Of a stretch of DNA of 64,000 nucleotides, positions 10,444-20,460 are shown piece after piece (position 1 is the first letter of the stretch; the number at the start of each line of letters is the position of its first letter). The DNA is taken from NCBI GenBank assembly GCA_030550585.1, contig JAUQPB010000001.1:128001-192000 (forward strand), read 5' to 3'. The position numbers and the translations under genes were made by a program. Source of the stretch: Thermoproteota archaeon. GTDB lineage: Archaea > Thermoproteota > Thermoprotei_A > Sulfolobales > Ignisphaeraceae. The notes beneath the pieces were generated by a model. That model ran no database searches. It had not been told where the DNA came from and saw nothing but the letters and a program-made list of their open reading frames with translations.

Positions 10444-11451
10444 GTGGTTTTGTTGGAGCTATTTTTAGGTGTCAAGAAATGTCTGCTGTTTTTCGCTGTT
10501 GGTGGTGGAGGTGATGTTGCGACAGCATCTATGCTTGCGCTGGCTGCTAGAAGACTTGGTCTAAGGTCTTTTGTTGCTAGTGTAGTTTGGGAGAGGTTTG
10601 TTGTGGATCCTGTTCCAGGCCCTATCAAATTTGATGAGATTTCTGGTGGTAGGCGTATAGGCGATTGCTCTATGCTTGTTGATGGCAATTCCAAGGCTTT
10701 TAGAGGTGGTAGGGAGGTTGTTTTCCAGGCGGCTAGAGCCTCTAGGTTTCTTGGAGAGCCTATTGCCATTATCGATCTTGTAGGTGGTGTCTATGGCGTT
10801 AGGAAGGGTTTGGAAGAGGTGTTGAATCACTTTGGATGCGAAACTGTTGTGGCTGTTGATGTTGGGGGAGATATTGTTGCAACAGGTTTTGAAGAGGATT
10901 TGTGGAGCCCCCTAGCAGATTTCACAGGGCTTGCGGCATTGGCCCAGCTAAAAGGTGTTGTAGCTGTTCATTCTCCTGGAGGCGATGGGGAGCTACCCCA
11001 AGACTATGTTTTGAAGAGAATCTCGCTCATAGCAGAGCATGGTGGCTACCTCGGGGCCAGGGGCGTTACTAGAGAAGATGTTGAGAATCTTGAGAAGATA
11101 CTTGAGTTTGTTGAGAGCGAGGCTAGTAGGGCAACACTATTAGCTGCTAAAGGTGCTTGGGGTTACGTTTCTCTTCGAAAGGGTAGTAGAGAGACCTTCA
11201 TATCACCAGTGAATCTATTGACCTTCTTTCTAGACTCAACTGTCGTGGCATCGCTGAACCCTGTCATAAGGTACATCGAAAATTGTAAAAACATCGAATG
11301 TGCAAGAAGAAAACTCAACGAGCTTGGCATATTCACAGAGCTTGATCTCGAGGAAGAGGTGTACAAGCTAATCCAAAGAGGTGTTGAGATAACAGGAGAT
11401 GTTCTCCTAGATATAAAGAAAAGGTTTAGAAAATCTATCAGCAAAGGGTGA
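10444..11451 (+). CDS. DUF1152 family protein
   Basis: GGGGDV, VDVGGD, LWSPLAD and GDGEL motifs. Confidence 0.75.
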   Translation: MVLLELFLGVKKCLLFFAVGGGGDVATASMLALAARRLGLRSFVASVVWERFVVDPVPGPIKFDEISGGRRIGDCSMLVDGNSKAFRGGREVVFQAARASRFLGEPIAIIDLVGGVYGVRKGLEEVLNHFGCETVVAVDVGGDIVATGFEEDLWSPLADFTGLAALAQLKGVVAVHSPGGDGELPQDYVLKRISLIAEHGGYLGARGVTREDVENLEKILEFVESEASRATLLAAKGAWGYVSLRKGSRETFISPVNLLTFFLDSTVVASLNPVIRYIENCKNIECARRKLNELGIFTELDLEEEVYKLIQRGVEITGDVLLDIKKRFRKSISKG

Positions 11452-11483
11452 GATCATCACCTCATCAGCTCTTCCCTCTATCA

Positions 11484-11756
11484 TCACATATAGTTAATGG
11501 ATCTGCTAGCCCTGTTCTCAGCCTCAATCAATGCAACAACATTTTGCAACCCCTTTACAAAGCCCTCTACAACAATACCCTCATACTTTCTAAACAACTC
11601 GTTAACAACTTTCTCTGCATCGCTTCTCAAAGGCTTCAACTCCAAAACAATGCAGACCTCTACATAATCAGCTATATCCGCACATACCCTAGCAGAGGTC
11701 GTACTAACCTCCTCTACAGTGACCTTGCCGATTCCCGGAATATCAAAACTTTTCAT
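11484..11756 (-). CDS. Hypothetical protein
   Basis: 90-aa ATG ORF with protein-like composition filling the gap between two + strand genes. Confidence 0.55.
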   Translation of the reverse strand: MKSFDIPGIGKVTVEEVSTTSARVCADIADYVEVCIVLELKPLRSDAEKVVNELFRKYEGIVVEGFVKGLQNVVALIEAENRASRSINYM

Positions 11757-11803
11757 AGCTATCAGATATAGCCTCTACGCAAAAGAGTTAATTAGCTGAA
11801 ACG

Positions 11804-12397
11804 ATGTTCTGTATCCAGCAGAGGTTATTCAATATGATTTCGAGAGAAGAGGCGCTGAACCTTTTGAGAAGGTATCTCAGAGATGAGAAGATGGTAAAAC
11901 ACTGCATAGCTGTTGAAGCGATTATGAGAAGCTTGGCGAAGAGGTTAGGCGAAGATGAGGAGCTGTGGGGGTTAACAGGCCTTCTACACGATATAGACTA
12001 CGACTATGTGAATAGGGATATGGGGAGACATGGACTTGAGGCACTAAATATTTTGAAGGGTCTACTACCAGACGATGCTTTACAGGCTATAGCAGGTCAC
12101 AACGAGCACAACGGATTTGCGGTAACAGGTGATAGGGCTAAGAGGCTTCTCCACGGGCTGAGAGCCTCTGATCACGCATCTGGACTGATAATAGCGACGG
12201 CGCTTGTCATGCCAAATAAGAAAATCTCTGAGATTAGGTTAGAGACCCTGATGAGGAAGTTTAGATCAAAGGACTTTGCAAGAGGTGTTGACAGAAACAG
12301 GATAATGGAGATAGAACAGCTTGGTCTAAAGCTAGAGGAGTTTCTCAGTCTAGCACTAGAAAGCTTAAAGAACATCTCTGCAGAGCTTGGATTGTGA
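11804..12397 (+). CDS. HD-domain (HDIG-like) metal-dependent phosphohydrolase
   Basis: KHCIAVE, GLLHDIDY, HG, FARGVDR; true start probably MISREEAL. Confidence 0.88.
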   Translation: MFCIQQRLFNMISREEALNLLRRYLRDEKMVKHCIAVEAIMRSLAKRLGEDEELWGLTGLLHDIDYDYVNRDMGRHGLEALNILKGLLPDDALQAIAGHNEHNGFAVTGDRAKRLLHGLRASDHASGLIIATALVMPNKKISEIRLETLMRKFRSKDFARGVDRNRIMEIEQLGLKLEEFLSLALESLKNISAELGL

Positions 12398-12405
12398 AAC
12401 CCACT

Positions 12406-12876
12406 TTACCTGAATACATCTATTATTTGGGGATTCAGATATCTCAGAAGATCCTGGACTTTCACCTTGTACAACCTGTTTAGAGATCCCCCACCACATA
12501 CAACATAGTCTAAAGACAGTATCTGAGGATCCATCAACACCCTCAACAACTTTACCCTCGGTGACAATGGTGTAACCGCGCCAACCTCAACACCGAGAAC
12601 CTGTTTGACCTCCCAGCTTTTGGCAAGCTCAACCCTTTTTCCAAGCAACCTCTGCATCTTCTCAACATCAACCCTTCTATCGCCCCTCACAACAGCTACA
12701 ATATACTCGTTGTCTGCCCTCATTAGAAGAGTCTTCACTATAGATGATTTCGGATAGCCACTTAACATAGAGGCTTTCTCGACAGTCTCCACAGTATCGC
12801 TAAACTCCATAACCTCGACCTCAACACCATCGATAAGATCCTTCCAAACCCTTTTAGCCTGCACACCCATATTCAA
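12406..12876 (-). CDS. YbaK/EbsC aminoacyl-tRNA editing domain protein
   Basis: IVKTLL, GVEVGAVTPL, CGGGS motifs. Confidence 0.88.
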   Translation of the reverse strand: MNMGVQAKRVWKDLIDGVEVEVMEFSDTVETVEKASMLSGYPKSSIVKTLLMRADNEYIVAVVRGDRRVDVEKMQRLLGKRVELAKSWEVKQVLGVEVGAVTPLSPRVKLLRVLMDPQILSLDYVVCGGGSLNRLYKVKVQDLLRYLNPQIIDVFR

Positions 12877-13264
12877 AACCTCTTAACAACACCTCTGCTA
12901 CAAACATTATTCTGTAAAAACCTGACATACTTTCCAGTAAAAATCTCTTTCTTCACTGGAGATATCCATTTTGTCTGTAATATATAGAGCTATCAAAAAT
13001 CAATGCTCATAATAATGGCAAGGAGATTTAGATTATATGGTAGGAAAATAACATACGTTTTTATAGGTGCTTCTTTTACAATCCTCTTGACCAATACTAT
13101 CTAATGCTGTACCCGAGTTCAATAATTTCAGATGTTTGATGCCCAGTAAAATAAACAATATCAACTATGGATATTGTGTATCGATTTACATTGCTACACA
13201 ACTCTTAAATAATCACAGTCGAGCAATCTTTATTACACATTGCTAAGGTAGGTTCTACCAGATG

Positions 13265-14290
13265 CTATGTAGTTCTAGATCTTTTGTTTCTAGCAAAGTT
13301 CTTGACGTCTGGATTTATAGCGTTTGGAGGTTCTTCGCCTCTGAGAACGCTTATGACGTTCTCTGCAACTGCTATTGCCATGGCTTTTCTACACTCTTCT
13401 GTTAGCCATGCTATGTGGGGTGTTAGTATGGTGTTTCCAAGTTTTGTGATTTCATCGTCTGGTGGTAGTGGCTCTGCATAGAAGACGTCGAGTGCTGCTC
13501 CAGCTATTCTGCCGTTCTTCAGCGCTTTTACAAGGGCTTTGTGGTCTACTACAGCTCCTCTGGAAATGTTGACTAGGATGGCGTTTGGTTTCATTAGAGA
13601 GAATTCTCTTTCTCCTATCAACCCTCTTGTTCTATCTGTTAGGGGGACGGCCAATACTATGAAATCAGATATTTTGAGTAGCTCGTCTAGCTGTGCATAT
13701 TCTATCCCTAGCCTATTTTCGTATTCGGTCTTTCTCTCAATGTCATAGTATACCACCTTTAGTCCGAAGCCCCTAGCCCTCTCGGCTATCCTAGAACCTA
13801 TTCTGCCAAGACCCACAATACCTAGTGTCTTCCCCTTTAAGCCAAAACCAACAAGAAACCTGTTTTCAAATGGGCTCTCAAACCATTTGCCAGACCTGAC
13901 AAAGTTGTCTGCCTCACAAACCCTTCTAGCCAAGCAGAGAAGCAGTGCTATGGCGTGGTCTGCCACAGCATCGAAAAGCTCTTCAACAGGTGTTGTTGTT
14001 ACCCATATGCCAAGCCTTGTAGCAGCATCAACATCAATGTTATCATATCCAACGCCGTGCCTGGCTACAACAAGAAGCCTTTCAGAGCTCTCCAAAACCC
14101 TTCTAGTAAATGGCTCTGCACCCATAGATACAACAGCGTCAAAGTCTCTTATAGCGTTGATAACCTCATCCTCTTTTCTAAGAGGCTTTGGAGCTATAAC
14201 AACCTCGGCTACATTTCCAAGCTTTTTAATACCCTCATCATGTATAGGAGCTGTTAGTAAAACCCTGGGCCTTCTCATTACGAACCACAA
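13265..14290 (-). CDS. D-2-hydroxyacid dehydrogenase (glyoxylate/hydroxypyruvate reductase family)
   Basis: GVGYDNID, GIVGLGRIG, NISRGAVVD, ALDVF..EP, TPHIAW. Confidence 0.92.
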   Translation of the reverse strand: MWFVMRRPRVLLTAPIHDEGIKKLGNVAEVVIAPKPLRKEDEVINAIRDFDAVVSMGAEPFTRRVLESSERLLVVARHGVGYDNIDVDAATRLGIWVTTTPVEELFDAVADHAIALLLCLARRVCEADNFVRSGKWFESPFENRFLVGFGLKGKTLGIVGLGRIGSRIAERARGFGLKVVYYDIERKTEYENRLGIEYAQLDELLKISDFIVLAVPLTDRTRGLIGEREFSLMKPNAILVNISRGAVVDHKALVKALKNGRIAGAALDVFYAEPLPPDDEITKLGNTILTPHIAWLTEECRKAMAIAVAENVISVLRGEEPPNAINPDVKNFARNKRSRTT

Positions 14291-14350
14291 AAAAAGTTAG
14301 CTAAGGCTATAACTTTAAATTTTTGCGATTTTTGCGAATAGCTAGAGCCC

Positions 14351-15136
14351 GTGGTGGATGAGTTGTCTAGACTGAAAAAGATGCTAAGGAATAGAGAGGT
14401 GGCGCTAGGAACTTGGATAACCATAGGGCATCCAGATGTTGTTGAAGCCATATCGACTCTTCCAATAGATTGGCTCGTATTTGATATGGAGCATGCGCCA
14501 TTAGATATCTCAACGCTAGAGATTCTTCTAATGGGTGTGAGAAACCCTGATATAGCCTCTATTGTGAGGGTCCCATGGAACGACATGGTAACGATAAAAA
14601 GGGTTTTGGATGTTGGGGCAACAGGTATTCTAGTCCCATGGGTGAATACAAGAGCAGATGCTGAAAATGTTGTTAGGTTTACTAGGTATCCCCCTGCTGG
14701 CATGCGTGGTGTGGGCCCTAGAAGAGCTGTTCTCTATGGCGCTATAAACTTCCTAGAATACTATAAGAGGTTCGAGGCAGAGGATCTTGTTGTAGCAGTC
14801 CAGATCGAGACTGAAGATGCTTTAAAAAATCTAGAGGATATTGTGAGTGTCAAAGGCATTGATGTATACTATGTTGGGCCAATGGACCTGACAACAAATC
14901 TTGGGATACCTACCGAATATGATAATCCAAAATTTGTTGAAGCTCTACATAAGGTTTTAAAAACTTGTGAAAAGTTCGATAAGGTTCCAGGTATACATGC
15001 ATTCGATGTAGACTCTGCAAAGAAGTTTATTGAAATGGGGTTCAGATTCGTGGCTTTAATGACAGATATAAGTATATTGAGAAGCTCGCTTGCAAAGACC
15101 ATAGAGCTTGTTAGACCAAGTACCAGAATGGCATAG
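14351..15136 (+). CDS. HpcH/HpaI class II pyruvate aldolase
   Basis: FDMEHAP, VRVPWND, LDVGA, RYPPAGMRG, QIET, VGPMDL. Confidence 0.92.
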   Translation: MVDELSRLKKMLRNREVALGTWITIGHPDVVEAISTLPIDWLVFDMEHAPLDISTLEILLMGVRNPDIASIVRVPWNDMVTIKRVLDVGATGILVPWVNTRADAENVVRFTRYPPAGMRGVGPRRAVLYGAINFLEYYKRFEAEDLVVAVQIETEDALKNLEDIVSVKGIDVYYVGPMDLTTNLGIPTEYDNPKFVEALHKVLKTCEKFDKVPGIHAFDVDSAKKFIEMGFRFVALMTDISILRSSLAKTIELVRPSTRMA

Positions 15137-15166
15137 ACAAAGGTTTTTGCGTCTGGTACATAGATC

Positions 15167-16834
15167 ATGGATGCAACATATCAGATCTTCATCCAACTTC
15201 TCCTAGGTTCTGTTCTGGGCTGGCTGTTTAGAAGTGCAGGTCAAAGCAGTTTCATCGGCTATGTTATTGGAGGTTTTGTAGCTTCTCTAATTATGCAACA
15301 AGGCTTTGGAAGCTCTTTTGCCTCTCAACTAGACTTTTTGAAGAGCCTTGGCTTAACACTCTTCTCATTTGAAATAGGGCTTTCAATAGGTATTGAAAAA
15401 CTCACCAAATCTCTAAGCAGAGTTATCGTTGTTGAAATGGTTGCATATTCCATCATATGGTTTTTAACAGCATTGCTATCTATTGAAACATCTCTAAATA
15501 CATTCGAAAGGATATTCCTGTTTCTGGTTCTAATGGACTGCTCGTCGGTGGCCATAAACCTAGTTAGTAAAATAAGTGACGATGACATAAGATCCCTAGC
15601 AATAGTACAATCAAATTTCGAGGATCTTGCCCAGTTCATAGCATTTTCAATGATCTTCACAGCTGGGATTGCAAAACCTGATCTCATAGCTATATTAACC
15701 AATGTACTTAGAGTAATAGGGTTAACAGGTCTTCTAGCATATGTTCTCAACTTAGCTATGAAGAGATTTTATAGATGGATCAATAACATGGATAATCTAT
15801 CCAGATCTCTATTGTTTCTCTCAATAGCATTGCTATACTCAACCCTTGTTCAAGGCCTTAACCTGCCCACACTATTTGGAGCGTTCATAGCTGGCATTGT
15901 GTTGTCTAGCTATGTGAGAGGTGATGAAATCAGTATCATGAGTGGTTTAAGAGAACTTGGACTCCTCCTCTACTTCTCTTCCATAGGAACGCAGATAACA
16001 GCCTCTACCTCAGCCAGTTTATCGAATATCATGACGCTTGGCTTTGTCTATGCGATCGCAGGTGTTTTTACACGATTCATATCCCTGTCCCTCGGCGCAC
16101 TATTTATTGCAGTAAGAGCTGATGCCATACCATACTATGCAGCATCTTTATCATCTATTAGCGAAACATCAATAGTATTTGCAGATACACTTATCCAACA
16201 AGGTGTTCTAAACCCAACATTCAAATCCATGACAATTACAACAGTCATCATATCGATGATCCTATCACAAATGTTATTCAGCAATGCAAGTAGATTTAGC
16301 ACAATCCTAACTGGCTTAATGCCACGAAATGTCAGAGTATTCTTCACAATGTTATCTCATCTACTTTTAGAGAGTAGTGAAACTTCCATTAAACTTGGAT
16401 CAGAATTGGTCAGGTTTTTAATACCATCACTTCTAGCCACATATATTACATACATAGCTTCTGCAATTCCAATACCAACACAAAACGTGCGTATAGGAAT
16501 GGCTGTGGCAACATCTATAATAGCATACATTGTTATTGTCATAAACTTCTATAAAACATTGAATTCGATAATAAATTTCCTAGATCTGAAATTCGAGCAG
16601 AGAATTCAAAACTGGAACGCAGTTTCATTGGCTTCGAATGCCATAACCATTGTATTGGTAGCTATATCTATAATTCTTCTCTTTAACGTAACCAATACAA
16701 TGTTATCCGAAGACTTTGTCCAATCATCTTTTCACAGATATCTAGCGGCATTGATTCATGTAATTACATTTGTCTTGTTATTCTACCTAATTATAACGAG
16801 AATTAGGGTGAAAATACAAAAATCACGGAATTAG
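15167..16834 (+). CDS. CPA2-family cation:proton antiporter (divergent)
   Basis: Many transmembrane segments; GYVIGG, FEIGL, FED, GAFIAG, SE motifs. Confidence 0.75.
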   Translation: MDATYQIFIQLLLGSVLGWLFRSAGQSSFIGYVIGGFVASLIMQQGFGSSFASQLDFLKSLGLTLFSFEIGLSIGIEKLTKSLSRVIVVEMVAYSIIWFLTALLSIETSLNTFERIFLFLVLMDCSSVAINLVSKISDDDIRSLAIVQSNFEDLAQFIAFSMIFTAGIAKPDLIAILTNVLRVIGLTGLLAYVLNLAMKRFYRWINNMDNLSRSLLFLSIALLYSTLVQGLNLPTLFGAFIAGIVLSSYVRGDEISIMSGLRELGLLLYFSSIGTQITASTSASLSNIMTLGFVYAIAGVFTRFISLSLGALFIAVRADAIPYYAASLSSISETSIVFADTLIQQGVLNPTFKSMTITTVIISMILSQMLFSNASRFSTILTGLMPRNVRVFFTMLSHLLLESSETSIKLGSELVRFLIPSLLATYITYIASAIPIPTQNVRIGMAVATSIIAYIVIVINFYKTLNSIINFLDLKFEQRIQNWNAVSLASNAITIVLVAISIILLFNVTNTMLSEDFVQSSFHRYLAALIHVITFVLLFYLIITRIRVKIQKSRN

Positions 16835-16848
16835 ATGTCTATGCTCAA

Positions 16849-17403
16849 CTACATTTTCTCAGATTCCTCAACAATTTTCTTAATCTGTGAAACATTCTCA
16901 GCAATTCTCTCTATGTTTACACCAATTGATTTTAGACGAGATCTCAAATCCTCTACCTTGCTTTTCAACATGGCGTTTTCTCTCTTTAGCTCCTCAACCT
17001 CTTTACTAAGCTTCTCAACTTCCTCAGGTTTTGCAGATTCTACAACAGGTATTGAGAGCTTTAGCTCACCTTTTACAAGCATTTCATAGGTTTCCTTGAC
17101 CAGCTTACCGGCCTTTGTCTCTCCCCTCAAATGTTTTCTAATTGTTGCCTCTGTTCTCCCCAGCTCTTCAGCTATTCTACTTATTGGGTAGCCCGCTTTA
17201 TCCATTGCTAGAGCTGCTGCTGCAACCGCTAGGCTGTCTAACCATGTGGTGAACTCTTCGCTAGATAGAATTGTTTGAACAACATCTGATCTGAACATAG
17301 TGCCTATTATTAATGCTGTTTCGAGTTGCTTTATCTCTCTTCTTGACAGCGGTGTCACAGGTATTTCAATGGGTATGGAAATTTCTTTGACTGGTAAAGA
17401 CAT
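16849..17403 (-). CDS. Archaeal HTH regulator with C-terminal coiled coil (COG1318 / near-KaiC domain type)
   Basis: TWLDSLAVAAAA...ISRIAEELGRTEATIRKHLRGETKAG HTH; start trimmed to ATG 17403. Confidence 0.8.
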   Translation of the reverse strand: MSLPVKEISIPIEIPVTPLSRREIKQLETALIIGTMFRSDVVQTILSSEEFTTWLDSLAVAAAALAMDKAGYPISRIAEELGRTEATIRKHLRGETKAGKLVKETYEMLVKGELKLSIPVVESAKPEEVEKLSKEVEELKRENAMLKSKVEDLRSRLKSIGVNIERIAENVSQIKKIVEESEKM

Positions 17404-17449
17404 GCTGTTCCCACTATAGAGTAATTCTTGGTATATAGAATTAAAAGTT

Positions 17450-19333
17450 TTAGAGCATTTCAATGATTTCTCTGGACATGTCTCTCCTAGTGTTGAATTC
17501 TGCTATTCTTCCGCTGTTCCACGCTTTCACAGGTCTGTAGTAACCCACTATTCTGCTCCACATGTCAAGTGGTTTTCCGCAGCTTGGGCATTTCGATGCT
17601 CTTCCAACTGTTCTGTAGCCGCAGGATGGGCAGACAGCGACTGTTGGTGTTATAGACATGTATACTATGTCCGTGTCTCTAAGTGTTCTAGTCACAAACT
17701 TTGCTACTGCTTCTGGCGGTAGCTCTCTATCAACGAATATGTGCTTTATTACACCGCCTGTGAACAGCTTTTGGCACTTGGACTCTATCTCAAGCTGCCA
17801 CCTCAGATGGAGTGTTGTGTATGGCGGTGTGAGCTGGTTTGTGTAGAACGGTGCCTTCCTCCCATCCACTTCGCCAACTGGTATGTATGCCGATAGGTCT
17901 TCTGATGTGCTGAGACTCTTTGCAAACTCTATGTCTTTCCACGCCAGTTTGACTCCAAGCGTCTCCCCCGGAACCTCCTCCACGTTGTACAGGACGTTGT
18001 CCTCCTCCTCAAACTCCGAAAGCCTCTTGCTGATGTAGCTCAGAACATCTGTGTACAGCTTGACTATCTTCGGTATGTCGCTTGGCTGTGCATTGAACCA
18101 GAAGAACGGGTCTCCAAGCATTATAGAGACATATTCAGCCATTCCAATGACCCCCACTGTGTTGTAGTAGAATTTGAATGGGTCTACAGGGTCTATATAC
18201 TCTCTCGTCATTGGATACATACCCATTGCAAAGAGCTTTTGGTACCTCGCCCTAAACCACATTAGAGTTGCCCTAGAGATCTCTAGAAGCTGGTCGAGTT
18301 TGTCAAGCATCTTAGAGTCGTCGGATGTCCTAGCAATCATTGCGAGTCTAGGCAGGTTGATGACAACAACGTTTACAGAGCCTACAGATGGTGGCATGTC
18401 CCAGACCCCCTTCGCCTGGTGAAGAACCTCTCTAACCCTGCCCATGTCCGATAGAAGCCTGCAGCAGAAGCTGAATATGTCCTCAGCCTTGGTGTTGTAG
18501 CCGTTTAGGAAGTACATCTGACCTGTTTTAGCAACCATTGACCAGTAGGCTCTCCAAAGCTCTGGGTCGCTCTCAAGAATCTTCTCCATATCCTTATTCA
18601 TAATGGTTGTCGGTATTGGGAATGTGAATGGCTGGTGAACAGCATCGCCCTCAGCAAAAACCTCTGCAAAAGCCTTTACAACCAGCTTAGCCTCATCCAA
18701 AAAGCTCTCATAGGTTTCTGGAGACGACAGTCTGAACCTCTGCCCAGATGATGAAACCGGCTGCCTCACATAGAACCTGTTGCTAGCAGCAAAGACAATG
18801 TTTGAGAAGGGGCTCTGACCACTCTTCAGCGGATAGTTCAAATTGAATATGAACCTCTGGATGTTCTGCCTTACCAATTTGTAGTCCAAGCCATCCCCTC
18901 TTATGAATGGCGATAACACAACGTCTATGCCGTAGAGGCCGACAGCGCCTGTCCTCTCCTGGCTGAAGATATAAACAGCGTTTACAAGCTGGTCAACAGC
19001 AGAGTCTAGGTGTTTTGGAGGCTTTGAAACGACCGTGGGGGTTCTAAGACCCTTTTCAAGAATCGGTCTAGAATCGAGGCCTCCGCAATAAGGTCTTATA
19101 ATTGAGCCATCCCTAAGCTTGTAGATATATATCCAGCCCTCTTCATGTAGAATCAGAGATGACCTGGGAAGAATCCCAGTAGCCTCCTCATAGATTGCAG
19201 AACCTAGTACATGGGCCATTAAACCAGATATTGATACAGGCACATTCGCGTTGTCTCTAACAGCCCACTCCGAACCATTTAAATATTCCTCTATTAGAGA
19301 CTGTCTAGACAATTCAATACACCTTAGCAACAC
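17450..19333 (-). CDS. nrdD: Anaerobic (class III) ribonucleoside-triphosphate reductase
   Basis: PYC, QPFTFPIPT, CCRL, EEVPGE, CPSC...CPSC Zn site and glycyl-radical SRIVGYY; no ATP cone; likely start TTG 19312. Confidence 0.93.
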   Translation of the reverse strand: MLLRCIELSRQSLIEEYLNGSEWAVRDNANVPVSISGLMAHVLGSAIYEEATGILPRSSLILHEEGWIYIYKLRDGSIIRPYCGGLDSRPILEKGLRTPTVVSKPPKHLDSAVDQLVNAVYIFSQERTGAVGLYGIDVVLSPFIRGDGLDYKLVRQNIQRFIFNLNYPLKSGQSPFSNIVFAASNRFYVRQPVSSSGQRFRLSSPETYESFLDEAKLVVKAFAEVFAEGDAVHQPFTFPIPTTIMNKDMEKILESDPELWRAYWSMVAKTGQMYFLNGYNTKAEDIFSFCCRLLSDMGRVREVLHQAKGVWDMPPSVGSVNVVVINLPRLAMIARTSDDSKMLDKLDQLLEISRATLMWFRARYQKLFAMGMYPMTREYIDPVDPFKFYYNTVGVIGMAEYVSIMLGDPFFWFNAQPSDIPKIVKLYTDVLSYISKRLSEFEEEDNVLYNVEEVPGETLGVKLAWKDIEFAKSLSTSEDLSAYIPVGEVDGRKAPFYTNQLTPPYTTLHLRWQLEIESKCQKLFTGGVIKHIFVDRELPPEAVAKFVTRTLRDTDIVYMSITPTVAVCPSCGYRTVGRASKCPSCGKPLDMWSRIVGYYRPVKAWNSGRIAEFNTRRDMSREIIEML

Positions 19334-19535
19334 TTATTTTTTGTTTGTACACATTTTGATTCACACACATAATCATTCCTCTACTGCTTTCAACATAGCC
19401 ATAGTAATATCCTAGTATTATAGGGGTTGAGAGGGATTATATTCAAAGAGAGTTTACCGAATCTGTAATTTGCTCCAAAACCGGGCAATCAAGCTCTGTA
19501 TAGCCTTCTACAATTTGCTATAATGCTGTGAGCTT

Positions 19536-20081
19536 CTAGCCGTGTTTTGCAAGACCCCCCTTCTTATTCTCTTCACTACAAATCTCTTTTGAAACAGACT
19601 CTACGAGATCTTGCGGCTCATCAAAGATCTTTATTTCTGCCAAGGCTCTTCTGTCTATATACGGTGCTAGAAGCTCTATTTTATCGCTTGAAAGCCCTGA
19701 TTTCAGAACATATACGGGCTTCCCCTCTGTGTAACTGGTTACTATCTCTTGTATTGTGCCGCCTTCCCCACCTAGAGCTATTAATGCATCACATGATCTA
19801 ACCATAAACACGCTTCTAACTCTATAGTCAGCGCCAGGCTTGATCACAATAGCTTCTTCTGGGAACTTCGTATCTTCTCCCGCAATCGGAGACACTATAA
19901 CAACCGGAAGACCTAGAGCAATAGCCCTGTCGACAACGTGTTTCATAAGCCCCCAGTAACCGCCAATAATAATAGCCAACCTGCTACACGTCTCTTTTAA
20001 AAGGTCGACAACCCTGATAGCTCTTAGAACAACTTCTTGGCTAGGTTCTTCACTATAGGCTGCAAAACATATTTGCTTCAT
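19536..20081 (-). CDS. LOG/Rossmann-fold nucleotide-binding protein (TIGR00725-like)
   Basis: GGYWGLM, RS..MVRS.D, GGEGGTIQE. Confidence 0.82.
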   Translation of the reverse strand: MKQICFAAYSEEPSQEVVLRAIRVVDLLKETCSRLAIIIGGYWGLMKHVVDRAIALGLPVVIVSPIAGEDTKFPEEAIVIKPGADYRVRSVFMVRSCDALIALGGEGGTIQEIVTSYTEGKPVYVLKSGLSSDKIELLAPYIDRRALAEIKIFDEPQDLVESVSKEICSEENKKGGLAKHG

Positions 20082-20235
20082 ATTATCAAACCTCTACCAA
20101 CACAAAAACTTTGGCAACAGAGTTTAGAAGAGTTAGAAAGGTCTTCGCCGCTAAAAAACATTCTGCATTTCTATCATTTTGTTGAGTATGTCCTACCAAA
20201 GCATAGAGTACAGTTCTTTAGCATGAATATAAATC

Positions 20236-20460
20236 CTACATGTATCCCTCCTTTATCTCCTTCCTAATTTTGTGTATGACTGCATATATGCCTAAGACGG
20301 TTATGACCATCAATATTGCCGTCATTTGCAACATAAAGCCAAAGTCTCCTTTGGACATATAGTACCATATGACAAAGATTTCTAGAAGAAGTGCCCATAC
20401 CAAAACAGTTAAAAAATATCTTTGTTGCTCTGCAGCTATACTCATTACTCCCACGTCCAT
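20236..20460 (-). CDS. Small two-TM membrane protein
   Basis: Two hydrophobic stretches; directly follows and overlaps the ABC ATPase gene. Confidence 0.65.
   Translation of the reverse strand: MDVGVMSIAAEQQRYFLTVLVWALLLEIFVIWYYMSKGDFGFMLQMTAILMVITVLGIYAVIHKIRKEIKEGYM

Noticed and set aside
12930-12962. ORB-like TCCAGT motifs suggesting a replication origin
   Set aside because: Only 6-bp cores, no G-string and no cdc6/orc1 or whiP gene nearby
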